Source: Bdellovibrionota bacterium FG-1 (GTDB lineage Bacteria; Bdellovibrionota; UBA1018). Taken from it: DNA of 64,000 nucleotides. The stretch spans positions 64,001-128,000 of the forward strand of contig JBBCAW010000012.1 of NCBI GenBank assembly GCA_051382295.1. The letters are read 5' to 3'. The number at the start of each line of letters is the position of its first letter. Position 1 is the stretch's first letter. Shown here piece after piece: positions 39,146-48,931 of this stretch. A program made the translations under genes and the position numbers. The notes under the pieces are model-generated. The model saw only the letters and a program-made list of their open reading frames with translations. It did not search any database and had not been told where the DNA came from.

Positions 39146-39932
39146 GAGGTTGCTGATCAAAGCCTGGGACATGATAAATAAACAGGGCTTCTAAAAATTT
39201 AAAAAGGTCCTGGTGCTCCGCCCTCGATGCGGTGGCTTGCGCCGAGATTTGTCGGATTGGTAATCTCAGGCTTAAGAAAAAATCCTGAATCGCGGCGGGC
39301 GTGATTCTCAAAAGTGAGTGTTCAAAGGCGCCTCGGTTTTCAATGGTGTGGGTATGATTTTCTCGGCAATGTTCGCAAACCCAACCGGCGTCGGCTACCC
39401 GACAACTGAGTGAAAGCCGAAGGTCGAGGGTCTCGATCGAAGTTTCGCAACCCAGGCAAGCGTGCAGGCGGGGTTGGCTTCCGTTCCATTGCAGGACCTT
39501 GGCGAGGTAGGCGTTCAGGATCGAAAGCGGAAGACCTCCTTTGGCAATGGAGACCTCTTCGAGCGTCGCGAGCGCGTTGGCGTGAAGCCTGAAAAGTTCC
39601 TCGCAGGGCTCCTGTTGGGGTGCCACGCGAAGCATGAGTTCGTTCAGCACGCTCGCCATGGAAAGGCGCTCAAAGTCTTTGCGCAAGCCTTCGTAAGACT
39701 TCTTGATGTGCGCTTCGCTTAAGAAAACGAGTTCGTGGCCCGGTTTTTCAGTGAAAAGCCACTCGCTTGCCGCGAAGGGCTCGAGCGCTCCACCGAAACG
39801 GCGCGAAGCAACCGAGTTTTTTGCCATAGCCGTGATTTTGCCATGCGCCTCGGTGAGCGCGACCACAATGCGGTGGCGTTCTTCAAAGGGGGTGACACGG
39901 AGAATGATGGCGATATCGCGTTTTTGGATCAC
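39081..39932 (-). CDS. recO: DNA repair protein RecO
   Basis: AIILR------E---IV--LT---GK----AK----SRRF---LEPF; CxxC zinc finger; start approximate (GTG). Confidence 0.85.
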   Translation of the reverse strand: MIQKRDIAIILRVTPFEERHRIVVALTEAHGKITAMAKNSVASRRFGGALEPFAASEWLFTEKPGHELVFLSEAHIKKSYEGLRKDFERLSMASVLNELMLRVAPQQEPCEELFRLHANALATLEEVSIAKGGLPLSILNAYLAKVLQWNGSQPRLHACLGCETSIETLDLRLSLSCRVADAGWVCEHCRENHTHTIENRGAFEHSLLRITPAAIQDFFLSLRLPIRQISAQATASRAEHQDLFKFLEALFIYHVPGFDQQPLKGLRFLDLKSSVLPHAENFR

Positions 39933-40036
39933 GGTCGATACGACGTGTATCGTATGGGGGCGAGGGGGGGCAAGGAGCAAAACAGGAAGACCCCCGGATG
40001 AAGCCCCTTTCTGCGAGGCTTCATCCAGAGGCTTTG

Positions 40037-40468
40037 TTACGCTGCTCGTTTCACCGAGGCTGCCCCGATTTGATTGAGTAGGATCGTGGCGGCATAATAG
40101 CAACTGAGCGACTCAATCTTGCCATTTTTTAGCCGAATGATATCACAGCTCGGGACGTTGATTTTTTTGCCGGAGGCGGGAAGAAGCCCTTGTGGGCTTT
40201 GCATTGGGCCGGTTTGAGTGCCGACTAATGAAAGTTCAGCACAGAGAACATCACCGCTTCCAATGACGTTTGAGACCTGAAACTTCATATCAGGCAATGC
40301 CTTGAGCCAGCCCTCGGCCATCTTGCGAATCTCGGCTTTTCCCCGATAGACGTGGTCTGTCGAAACGTCTTTGAATTGTCCGTCATCTGAAAAAAATGAC
40401 GTAAACTTTTCAAAATTATGGCTGTTCATTGCATCATAAAAGGACCGGACGAGTTGTTCTTGATTCAT
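40037..40468 (-). CDS. SnoaL-like/ester cyclase (NTF2 fold)
   Basis: FYDA-N-H, ALPD, GT-TGP------LP-SGK, GKI; aggaga upstream. Confidence 0.85.
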   Translation of the reverse strand: MNQEQLVRSFYDAMNSHNFEKFTSFFSDDGQFKDVSTDHVYRGKAEIRKMAEGWLKALPDMKFQVSNVIGSGDVLCAELSLVGTQTGPMQSPQGLLPASGKKINVPSCDIIRLKNGKIESLSCYYAATILLNQIGAASVKRAA

Positions 40469-40636
40469 GAGAGTTTCTCCTGGAAAAGGGGTTCTAGTTT
40501 TGGTTTGGGTTTATGCAAAAAAAGGTCCAAGTCAAACATCTCGCCCCAATTATCTTTAACTAGGTGTATTCAAAAGACTTCTAACTAACTGAATATTTAA
40601 AGTACTATTTTAAATATTCATGATAATTTAAAGTTG

Positions 40637-41776
40637 ATGTTTAACCGCGCGCTTCACTTACCCCTTCACCCCTCTGACTCTTTTTTTCTCTGGGGTCCGC
40701 GGCAAGCTGGAAAATCAACGCTTCTCAAATCGACCTATCCGGGAGTGCGCAAGATCGATCTACTCCAAGCCGATGAATACCGACGGTATCTCGAACGGCC
40801 AGAGCTTCTTCGACAAGAAATGCCTCAGGGCACTCGTCTTATGTTGATTGACGAAATTCAAAAAGTCCCTGCCCTACTCGATGAGGTCCACTGGCTCATC
40901 GAAAATCGTAATATTCAATTCGGACTTTGTGGCTCGAGCGCGCGAAAAGTTCGCAAAGGTCATGCTAATTTATTAGGTGGACGGGCGGTGCGGTTTGAAC
41001 TATTTGGCCTGGTGTCCTCAGAACTAGGTGACGCTTTTGATCTGGATAGGATATTGAATCATGGATATTTACCCAGACATTATTCCAGCGCAAGCCCTCT
41101 TCGCCTGCTTAATTCCTACGTGGCAGACTACCTCAAAGAAGAGATTGCCGCCGAAGGTTTGGTGCGTAATCTACCCTCTTTTTCGGGATTTTTGAATATT
41201 GCAGCACTTTCGGACACGGAGGTCGTCAATTTCTCGACCATCGCCCGGGACGTGGGCGTATCGAGTCCGACGGTCAAAGGCTATTTTGATATTCTCGTTG
41301 ATACTTTGTTGGGGCGATGGCTTCCAGCCTATCGCAAACGACCTAAGAGACGAATGATCCTTTCACCCAAGTTTTATTTTTCTGACGTCGGCGTGGTTAA
41401 TTTTCTAGCTAAACGGAATCGCTTAGAACCAGGAACCGAACTTTATGGAAAGGCGTTTGAAAATTGGGTCTTTCATGAGTTGACTGCCTATCACTCGTAT
41501 CGTGAAACCTTCGCGGACCTGTCCTTTTGGCGTGCAACCAGTGGCGTGGAGGTCGACTTTATCGTCAACAACATGGAGATCGCCATTGAAGTCAAATCGA
41601 GTTCGAGGTTGACCTCGGACCATCTCAAAGGCCTTCGCGAACTCAAAACCGATCACCCGTCGGTAAGACGTCGAGTGGTCATCTGCCTTGAGTCCAAACC
41701 AAGAATCACAGAAGATGGAATTGAAATACTGCCGGCGAAGCATTTTGCAGAACGCCTCTGGAGCAACGCGCTTTGA
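40637..41776 (+). CDS. AAA_14 ATPase with DUF4143 (PD-(D/E)xK-like) C-terminal domain
   Basis: GPRQAGKST, IDEIQK-P, GSSAR, KFYF-D-G, G--FE, EVDFI---AIEVK. Confidence 0.88.
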   Translation: MFNRALHLPLHPSDSFFLWGPRQAGKSTLLKSTYPGVRKIDLLQADEYRRYLERPELLRQEMPQGTRLMLIDEIQKVPALLDEVHWLIENRNIQFGLCGSSARKVRKGHANLLGGRAVRFELFGLVSSELGDAFDLDRILNHGYLPRHYSSASPLRLLNSYVADYLKEEIAAEGLVRNLPSFSGFLNIAALSDTEVVNFSTIARDVGVSSPTVKGYFDILVDTLLGRWLPAYRKRPKRRMILSPKFYFSDVGVVNFLAKRNRLEPGTELYGKAFENWVFHELTAYHSYRETFADLSFWRATSGVEVDFIVNNMEIAIEVKSSSRLTSDHLKGLRELKTDHPSVRRRVVICLESKPRITEDGIEILPAKHFAERLWSNAL

Positions 41777-41869
41777 AAAGACAGAAGCCCACAGAAGCCC
41801 GATAAAACCGACATTTTTATGGCGCGACCCCCGAGTTTTCTCATTCCATAGACCTTATGATTCTCTTTT

Positions 41870-41896
41870 TAAAGACGGATGTTTGTGGACCGATAA
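41870..41896 (+). promoter_or_regulatory. Sigma28 (FliA)-like promoter
   Basis: TAAA-N15-ACCGATAA just upstream of ORF 41906. Confidence 0.45.
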
Positions 41897-41905
41897 GTAT
41901 TTTAG

Positions 41906-42994
41906 GTGCGTACGAACTTCACGTTGTTCCTCATATTCTTGGTTTCCTCCTCTGGCTCTGGCCCCTTTGCTTTGGCGGACGGCACTTGTCCGCTTTCCGT
42001 AAACTCCAGTCCGTCGGCAATTGAAAAATCTAGCAAAATTGCTTGTGCGCTTCAGTCTGCGACGATTGGTAAAATGAGTGAATTTTGTGAAGTTCAAACA
42101 TTTCGAGGGGTCGGTAATCTTAGATTTGGATGGAGTCCAGAAGAGGCTGACGCTGTCATAAAGACCAATAGCCTCGGTACTATTCTTGAAAAATACATGG
42201 GCGTCGATTACGAACCATGGCAGGTTTCTGTATTTCCAAAGGAAGATTTGGCTAAAACCGCTCTGGCTTTGGGCTATTCAAAACCAGGTTTTCATTGTTT
42301 TGATTCGCCTCAGAAGGTGGCAGAATTCTTAAATAAGCCACAACAGTCTTTACCGAAAGAGAAGGCCGATCGAATTCGTGCAAAGATCGACGCCCTATTA
42401 AAATCACCTACCGAAGATGCTACTTTGAGTCGAGTCAATGAATCCGCCGGAAAATTGTTTGCGTGTGGTACGTTGAGTCTGTCCTCCGCGCTCAAATGCT
42501 CCGATGGAATTGACCAAATTCGAGAGACGATGACGCAACGACTGGATAGAGTGGATCAAACAGGTCGATTATTTGGCTTTAGCCTTCTTCCGACGATCCA
42601 AACAGTACTCACCGATCCAAGATACATGGAAGGAGTCCGTCTGGCAGCTTTGAAAATTGGAAGTCGGATGAATGTCGGACCCGGTAAGTCGACAGGCGAT
42701 CTTTTTAAAGATATTTACACATCATTCATTGCGGCTGGTCTGTCGACCAAAGACGCCCATGAATTCACCTGGAATGTGATGGGGGTGATTTCGTCTGGCG
42801 GTGCGTCCACCTTTATTCGACTGCATCATCTGGATTCAGAGTGTGCTCCACCCAACCCTGTGGTCGAAGGCCTTTCTCTGATTAGCCTGGCCGTGCCTCT
42901 TTTGGATATTCAAGCCGCATCGAGTGGTCACTTTTATCCGATAAATTGGAATGCGGTTGGGTCTCGTCTTATCTCTCATGATGGCGTTTTGTAG
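41906..42994 (+). CDS. Exported hypothetical protein
   Basis: 362-aa ORF with a signal peptide and several Cys. Confidence 0.55.
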   Translation: MRTNFTLFLIFLVSSSGSGPFALADGTCPLSVNSSPSAIEKSSKIACALQSATIGKMSEFCEVQTFRGVGNLRFGWSPEEADAVIKTNSLGTILEKYMGVDYEPWQVSVFPKEDLAKTALALGYSKPGFHCFDSPQKVAEFLNKPQQSLPKEKADRIRAKIDALLKSPTEDATLSRVNESAGKLFACGTLSLSSALKCSDGIDQIRETMTQRLDRVDQTGRLFGFSLLPTIQTVLTDPRYMEGVRLAALKIGSRMNVGPGKSTGDLFKDIYTSFIAAGLSTKDAHEFTWNVMGVISSGGASTFIRLHHLDSECAPPNPVVEGLSLISLAVPLLDIQAASSGHFYPINWNAVGSRLISHDGVL

Positions 42995-43973
42995 CTCGGC
43001 GCGAGCGGATATGAACCATTGGGGGGTGAAGGAATTTATCGATCAGGCGGTTTTAGATTATTCTCATCGATTGCATTGGAACCCGGGGCCGGACGACCTC
43101 TCTATGCCCTCGACAGACGAATATAGACAGCATCTCGATGCTCGACTGCAGGCTTTGAAGGACCAAGGCGTATTGCTCTCTGATGGATCGCTCAATGAGC
43201 AGCGATTGGAATCATTCGTCGAGGATTCGGCAAAAAAGTTACAAAAAATAAGTGAGGAGGTTTTGGCGGAGGTCAAAAAGCAGCCTCCCGCACAAGGCCG
43301 CCAGTCGGTTTATCGCCAAAACGGAAGAGGGCAAGCGACGGATCGATGGATGGAAGGGATGCAAGAATCGTTGCGCCAATCCGGCGAAATAGGCATTGAT
43401 TTAGCGTTGGCTTTTCATGCAAAACCAAAAGCGGCACCTCGATTTTGGGAGCAGCCTAAAAGGATGTATCGAGGAATGCTAGCGGGTGCGGGGTTGGCAG
43501 CGGTCCTTCAGGTCCTTTTGGTGGATCACCTAAAGCTTCAACATGCCGCAATTATTTTCGTCTCAAGTCTCGTGGCCGCCATTCCGGGCTACTTTGCTCA
43601 AACTGAGTGGGATTCATGGCGCCAAGATCTATACGATAAAAAATGGAGCGCTCAAGAGAGAAAAAACCGTCAGCTTGCGGCAATTGAAAAGATGAGAGTG
43701 CAATTACAACGAGATGCACTCGAAATGAAGGGATTGAAAAGGGTCTCCGAGGACCTGTTGGAAATCGTGAAAACGACTGCTGAAACGCTCGATCCGCACA
43801 GTTCTGGTCCAAAAAAACAAGTTTCAAAAGTTCGAATTGTGGTCGAACCCACTCCAATGGAACGTATTTCCTCCGATGCCATGGCCGAGATTGAAGCGAT
43901 GGCGGTCGAGGAGCAGGCGGGGCCCTGTTTAAAAAGAGTACATTGGTTTTTAAGGGGTTCGTCGCGTCCGTGA
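42951..43973 (+). CDS. Hypothetical protein (signal peptide, 2 TM, coiled coil)
   Basis: 340-aa ORF. Confidence 0.55.
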   Translation: MRLGLVLSLMMAFCSSARADMNHWGVKEFIDQAVLDYSHRLHWNPGPDDLSMPSTDEYRQHLDARLQALKDQGVLLSDGSLNEQRLESFVEDSAKKLQKISEEVLAEVKKQPPAQGRQSVYRQNGRGQATDRWMEGMQESLRQSGEIGIDLALAFHAKPKAAPRFWEQPKRMYRGMLAGAGLAAVLQVLLVDHLKLQHAAIIFVSSLVAAIPGYFAQTEWDSWRQDLYDKKWSAQERKNRQLAAIEKMRVQLQRDALEMKGLKRVSEDLLEIVKTTAETLDPHSSGPKKQVSKVRIVVEPTPMERISSDAMAEIEAMAVEEQAGPCLKRVHWFLRGSSRP

Positions 43974-43985
43974 AAACTGGTTATT

Positions 43986-44322
43986 TCACCTACCCCACTC
44001 TCCGTCATAAAGTCGCTCCAAAAAAACCTCATAGGGGAGCGCGACAATTGATCGGTCCTCAAGCAGATAGCGAATTTCCCGACCGGTATAGATGACGAAG
44101 TACTTTTTGAGCAAATGCTCTTCCTTTAACCTGATCAAGCCTTTGAGATCCTGAATGGAAATCGTGGCCTTTCCTTTGACATCAAAAGCGTAAGTTCCGC
44201 CTAAAATAAAATCCACCTCGTCCTTTTGCTGACTGCGCCAGTAACAAAGATCATGGATGCCGTTCAGATCACAATAAGTCCGAATTTCATGATGACGATA
44301 AGTTTCAAACGCCTTACCTCTG
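43986..44322 (-). pseudogene. C-terminal DUF4143 fragment of a second AAA_14 paralog
   Basis: GKAFE----HE---Y, YWR-----EVDFI, D-KG----DLKGL--LK align with the end of 40637..41776; no ATPase domain. Confidence 0.75.
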
Positions 44323-44364
44323 TCGTCAAATTTCACGTAAAAATGACGACAACGGCGGTTCGCT

Positions 44365-45855
44365 CTAAATTTCGTAAAGTTCCTCAAATTTTGATTTAAG
44401 GTACGTCGAAAAATATTGGGCATTCAAGGTCTCGCCGGTCGCACGTTGACAGAGTTCGCTCGCATGCCAGGTCATACCATGGCGGTGAATTTTATCGCGC
44501 AGCCATTCCCGTAAGGGACGAAGGTCTCCCTCTCTGATCTTTTGATCGAGGTCGGGCATTTCTCGTTTTGCAGCCGCAAAAAATTGGGCGGCGTAGAGGT
44601 TGCCCAGAGCATAGGTTGGAAAATAGCCAAAGGATCCCATCGACCAGTGGATATCTTGCAACACGCCTTCGCTGTCATTTTTCGGCCGAATGCCGAGGTA
44701 TTCTTCCATCTTGCGATTCCAAAGTTCAGGGAGATCGTTGACCGAAGCCTTACCGGAAAACAAGGCGTGCTCAAGCTCAAAGCGCAAAAGAATATGCAGA
44801 TTATAGGTGACTTCGTCGGCCTCGACGCGAATGAGTGAGGGTCGGACAATGTTGATCGAACGGAAAAAGGTCTCGAGCGGAACTTGATTGAGCGTTTCAG
44901 GAAAGTTGGCCTGGAGCTTTGGATAAAAATGATTCCAAAATGGCCTGGAGCGCCCGATCATATTTTCCCAGAGGCGCGATTGCGATTCGTGGATGCCCAT
45001 TGAAACCGGCTCCGCAAGAGGCGTGCAAGCATGTTGGGTTTCAAGCGCTTGTTCGTAAAGTCCATGACCAGCCTCATGCATGATGCCAAACAAAGCGCTG
45101 GCAAAGTTTTTCTCATTGTAACGGGTGGTGATTCGAACGTCATTTGGCCCAAAGGAGGTGCAAAAAGGATGGGCCGAAAGGTCGAGCCTCCCAGCATCAA
45201 AATCGAATCCCATGGCATTAGCCACCTCGATTCCGAAATCCCGCTGCTTTTCTACTGGATAGTGGCCTGAGAGCGGCGAAGGTTTTTTGGAAGACGCCGC
45301 AATTTTGGCAACCAGGGGTACGAGTTCTTTGCGTAAGGCTTCAAATATCGGCTGGATGTCCGCGGCACGAGCGCTGGGTTCAAATTCATCCATCAGGACA
45401 TCGTAGGGATCGTTGCCGCCGATTAAGACCGCCATCTTTTTGCGCATGTTGACGAGTTTTTCGAGCCAGGGTGCAAAAGTCCCAAAGTCATTATTGGTGC
45501 GAGCGCTAGCCCAGGCCTCATGGGCAAGTGATTGTGTTTTTGCAAAATCCTGTATTAACTCTTTCGGAATCTTTCTCTCGCGATTGAAAATACGGCGAAT
45601 TTCACGGATATTGACCTGCTCGACCTGAGAGAGGCCGGGGGCTTTTTCAAGCCGAATGAGCAGGTCGCCGATTTGGGGTGAAACCAATTTTTCATGTGCC
45701 AGACCAGAAATTACCGCGAGTTGGTCGGCACGTATTTCTGCCCCTTTGGCAGGCATGTAGGTTTCTTGGTCCCAACTCAACACGGCCCCAGCGGCGCCCA
45801 GCGCCTTGAACTCTTTTACGAGGCTAATGAATTGGAGGTAATCGGGATGGGGCAT
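44365..45855 (-). CDS. Carboxypeptidase, M32 family
   Basis: WDQETYMP, HPF, RITTR, HEAGH, HESQSR, IRVEADE, GYFPTY. Confidence 0.95.
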   Translation of the reverse strand: MPHPDYLQFISLVKEFKALGAAGAVLSWDQETYMPAKGAEIRADQLAVISGLAHEKLVSPQIGDLLIRLEKAPGLSQVEQVNIREIRRIFNRERKIPKELIQDFAKTQSLAHEAWASARTNNDFGTFAPWLEKLVNMRKKMAVLIGGNDPYDVLMDEFEPSARAADIQPIFEALRKELVPLVAKIAASSKKPSPLSGHYPVEKQRDFGIEVANAMGFDFDAGRLDLSAHPFCTSFGPNDVRITTRYNEKNFASALFGIMHEAGHGLYEQALETQHACTPLAEPVSMGIHESQSRLWENMIGRSRPFWNHFYPKLQANFPETLNQVPLETFFRSINIVRPSLIRVEADEVTYNLHILLRFELEHALFSGKASVNDLPELWNRKMEEYLGIRPKNDSEGVLQDIHWSMGSFGYFPTYALGNLYAAQFFAAAKREMPDLDQKIREGDLRPLREWLRDKIHRHGMTWHASELCQRATGETLNAQYFSTYLKSKFEELYEI

Positions 45856-45869
45856 AAAGGGAGTTCCTT

Positions 45870-46733
45870 CTATTTTAGAACGTACCCCAACGATGGCATT
45901 GAAATTGAGGGATTCCAAGGCGAATCCCCAGTCAACCATTCGGTAGGATCTTTGCCGAGTTCTAGGACCCGTTCCCACTCCAGATTGAGAAATGACTGTT
46001 CATCGCGTAGGCCATAGGTTTCAAAATGATTCGCACTCATATAGCAGGGACTCGCGGGCACATAGGCACTGGCTCGACAAATGCTGACGGTGAGTTGGTT
46101 GGGGTCAAAATCGAAGTGAGCGAGCCATTCGTCGATTTTCAGAGGTTTTTTAGGGTCGGTCCCGGGGTCAAAAACGTATGGAACTCCCTTGATTCGAACG
46201 ATGGGGGCCACATGATACCACCAGTGAACTGGGCCCTGCGGAGCATTGGGGGTGGAAAAAGTGAGATTTCCATAAATGAAAATTTTGGCGGGTTCAACAT
46301 AACCCCAGTTCTTCATTGCTTGCGCCCCGAATGCCGCGCGGGCAAAGCACCCATCATCGGGGAACAGCCAGGTTAAACGACGGAGGGTGTTAAAATGATT
46401 TGGGTCCTCAATCATGCGCGAATCGCGGACTCGTGCGAAGGCCTGATACATATTTGAAAGAGAAGGCAAGGTCGGAACCCTAGAAAAGTCGACTTGAGGA
46501 AGCGGTACGGCTGCAGTTTGAGCATTTATCCAATAGGCGGGAGAACCTCCTGCTTGGTGTAACCGAACTGAATAGCGTTGAAGGGCCTGATCAAGGGTTT
46601 CGTGAGGATATCGAAAAGCCGAATGAACAGAGGCATTGTCTATGTGTTGTGCGATCGCAGAAGTGCTCAATGCTGTCGTAAGAAGGATGACTAAGAATTG
46701 GAAGGAAGGTCGGGAACCTGGGTTGAGTTTCAT
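45870..46733 (-). CDS. Secreted protein-glutaminase family protein
   Basis: Signal peptide; DDGCFARA, WWYHVAP and VFDP match the Cys-His-Asp triad motifs. Confidence 0.8.
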   Translation of the reverse strand: MKLNPGSRPSFQFLVILLTTALSTSAIAQHIDNASVHSAFRYPHETLDQALQRYSVRLHQAGGSPAYWINAQTAAVPLPQVDFSRVPTLPSLSNMYQAFARVRDSRMIEDPNHFNTLRRLTWLFPDDGCFARAAFGAQAMKNWGYVEPAKIFIYGNLTFSTPNAPQGPVHWWYHVAPIVRIKGVPYVFDPGTDPKKPLKIDEWLAHFDFDPNQLTVSICRASAYVPASPCYMSANHFETYGLRDEQSFLNLEWERVLELGKDPTEWLTGDSPWNPSISMPSLGYVLK

Positions 46734-46949
46734 AAAAAGTCCTCAGCGCAGATGATGCAACGGGTGTGCCGTTCCATGTCTTTTCTTTATTTAATAGTTT
46801 CAATGAGTTACGTGTTGTTACGTGAGAGGCCTCAAGGGTGTTTTGATGAACTTTAATACACATGGCTAGAATATTTGTATTGAGGTTTGTTTTTCATTCC
46901 TGTATAACGCACTGCGTTAGATTAACCGATCGTTTTCTTGAGGCATGAC

Positions 46950-48149
46950 ATGATGACTATTAACCGGACTTGGATCACTCTTTCTTTGGTTGGAGCAACC
47001 CTCGCTTCATTTTCACAGCTGACCTGGGCGGATCATCGTGGCGGCGGCGGACCGATTCGAGTGCCTGCACCTAGTCCGATTTCGCGCCCTCTCCCTGTTT
47101 CGCGCCCTCATCCCACTTCTCCAGCTCCAAGCGGCGGCGGATTTCATCCACCGATGGGGCCGACCGCCCCAGGGTATACGCCGCATTCAACGTATACGCC
47201 TCCCGCGTTCACTCCTCCTCCCGTAATTGTGCATCACAACCCACCCGTCCAGCCTCCCCCGGTCGTAGTAGAACGTGTGCCTCGGCCAAATGGGGGTGTG
47301 GTTGTTCGTCGTGGACATTCCAGTTATGGATATGGCCAACACGGCGAGCGAACCGTTTATGTGGGCGGCCAACGACATTTCTCAGAGGAGCGGGTTGTTG
47401 CGGCAGATCGCGCTCATATGAGGCGCACCTATTTTGAAGGTGGCCGCGAAGTCGAGGTCATTTACCCAGGCCGGCAAATGGGCAATGAATGGATTTTTGC
47501 CTCCCCTCATCGTCATCGATTTACGCCTCTTTATTACGGTTGGCTTTTCCGTTCATGGGATCAGCCTATTTGCGGATACCATTGGGGCTGGGAAAATGAA
47601 GCTTGGGCCGATCATTACGGACGCTACTATTTCAGGCCTCATACCGAGTGTTATATGCGTCCGTCGATGTGGCTGACAGACTGGATGTTTGCCGAAGTTT
47701 TACGCGAAGAATATCTCGAGCGTCAAATGGATGTTGTTGATCGTTCCGAAAGGGTGCTTGTGACGCGAGATATTCGCGATCAGATTACGCGTCAAATCGA
47801 CGTTTCCATGATTGCGCATCAGAATGATCAGCCTATTTATTTTACCGACGCCCAGGGCGATCCCAGACATTTGTTTATCGTCGATGGCGTGCCTGAGGTC
47901 TTTTACCCTTCTTCTTACGATAATTGCACCGTTTCTGGCGGTGATATTGTTCGTCTCGTGGCGCCAGTGTTCTTTGGTCAGACCGCACAAGTTGAAGTCG
48001 TGGCTGCACAATACGGAAGTTGCCGGCCTGGTACGATACTCACGATGTTGGTGAGAGATCTGCAGGAAAGCGAAAATGAGTTCAACCGTCGTGTTGAGCT
48101 GGGTATGCTTCAAATGCGTGAAAACGTGATGTTGAATTCAAGGTATTGA
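46950..48149 (+). CDS. Exported Pro/His/Arg-rich hypothetical protein
   Basis: Signal peptide, low-complexity Pro-rich N-half, Trp/Tyr-rich middle. Confidence 0.6.
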   Translation: MMTINRTWITLSLVGATLASFSQLTWADHRGGGGPIRVPAPSPISRPLPVSRPHPTSPAPSGGGFHPPMGPTAPGYTPHSTYTPPAFTPPPVIVHHNPPVQPPPVVVERVPRPNGGVVVRRGHSSYGYGQHGERTVYVGGQRHFSEERVVAADRAHMRRTYFEGGREVEVIYPGRQMGNEWIFASPHRHRFTPLYYGWLFRSWDQPICGYHWGWENEAWADHYGRYYFRPHTECYMRPSMWLTDWMFAEVLREEYLERQMDVVDRSERVLVTRDIRDQITRQIDVSMIAHQNDQPIYFTDAQGDPRHLFIVDGVPEVFYPSSYDNCTVSGGDIVRLVAPVFFGQTAQVEVVAAQYGSCRPGTILTMLVRDLQESENEFNRRVELGMLQMRENVMLNSRY

Positions 48150-48172
48150 ACTTATTTAATAAGGAGTTAAAA

Positions 48173-48931
48173 ATGTTTTCTAAGAAATTGATGTCCAGTT
48201 TGTTGTTGGGTTCTATGAGTGCGGCTTGTGTGGCCTTGACCTCGGGTTGTCAGGTTACGGTTGATGGTTCCAGTAGTGGTATTATCGATACAGGACAATA
48301 TGTCAGCTTGGAAGCCAATGTCTTTGATTATAACGGCATGCCGCTTGATTATCCTTTTGATTACTATTTAGATCTTTTTATGAAAAACGGCGATCATCTC
48401 GTGTTCCACATGGATCGCCAACAGACGGACGTCAATGGGGTGTGGCGCGATGATGAGAAGAATCTTCAGGTGTTTGTCGATAACGGCGGCGTCAAGTGTT
48501 ATGATTCTTGTGTGAGCTACGATGCTTATGGATGCACGGTCTATGCAACGGATTGTTACGATAGTAGTTATTCGGCTCAGCTCGACACGAACGCAATTTA
48601 CAATACTTCCGCTACGATTGGGATTGATACCGGCTACGATTACGTGGCCTTCCAGAGTTCCTTTGTGTTGAGTAGTTATCACGACGGATCAAACCGTTTT
48701 GTTCAAAAAGATGAGTTTGATACGAACGTGCTCGTTCTGCCTAGCTACATCGCGCCTTCACCTGGCGGCAAACCAAGCAAGATGGCCAAAATCCAAGGAT
48801 CCCTCCCTGGAACGGCTAAACTTCGCGGCGCGAAGCCGGTGGTGATCACGGATTTGAGCAAGCTCACTCCTAGCCAAAAGGAAAGACTCAACCAGAATCG
48901 CAAGCACTTGCACTTGCCAGTTCTTAACTAA
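48173..48931 (+). CDS. Hypothetical lipoprotein
   Basis: aaggag SD; lipobox LTSGC; Asp/Tyr/Cys-rich. Confidence 0.65.
   Translation: MFSKKLMSSLLLGSMSAACVALTSGCQVTVDGSSSGIIDTGQYVSLEANVFDYNGMPLDYPFDYYLDLFMKNGDHLVFHMDRQQTDVNGVWRDDEKNLQVFVDNGGVKCYDSCVSYDAYGCTVYATDCYDSSYSAQLDTNAIYNTSATIGIDTGYDYVAFQSSFVLSSYHDGSNRFVQKDEFDTNVLVLPSYIAPSPGGKPSKMAKIQGSLPGTAKLRGAKPVVITDLSKLTPSQKERLNQNRKHLHLPVLN

Noticed and set aside
41781..41800. Short tandem acagaagccc x2 (and attagtca x2 near 5955-5982)
   Set aside because: Too short to distinguish from chance or local slippage.
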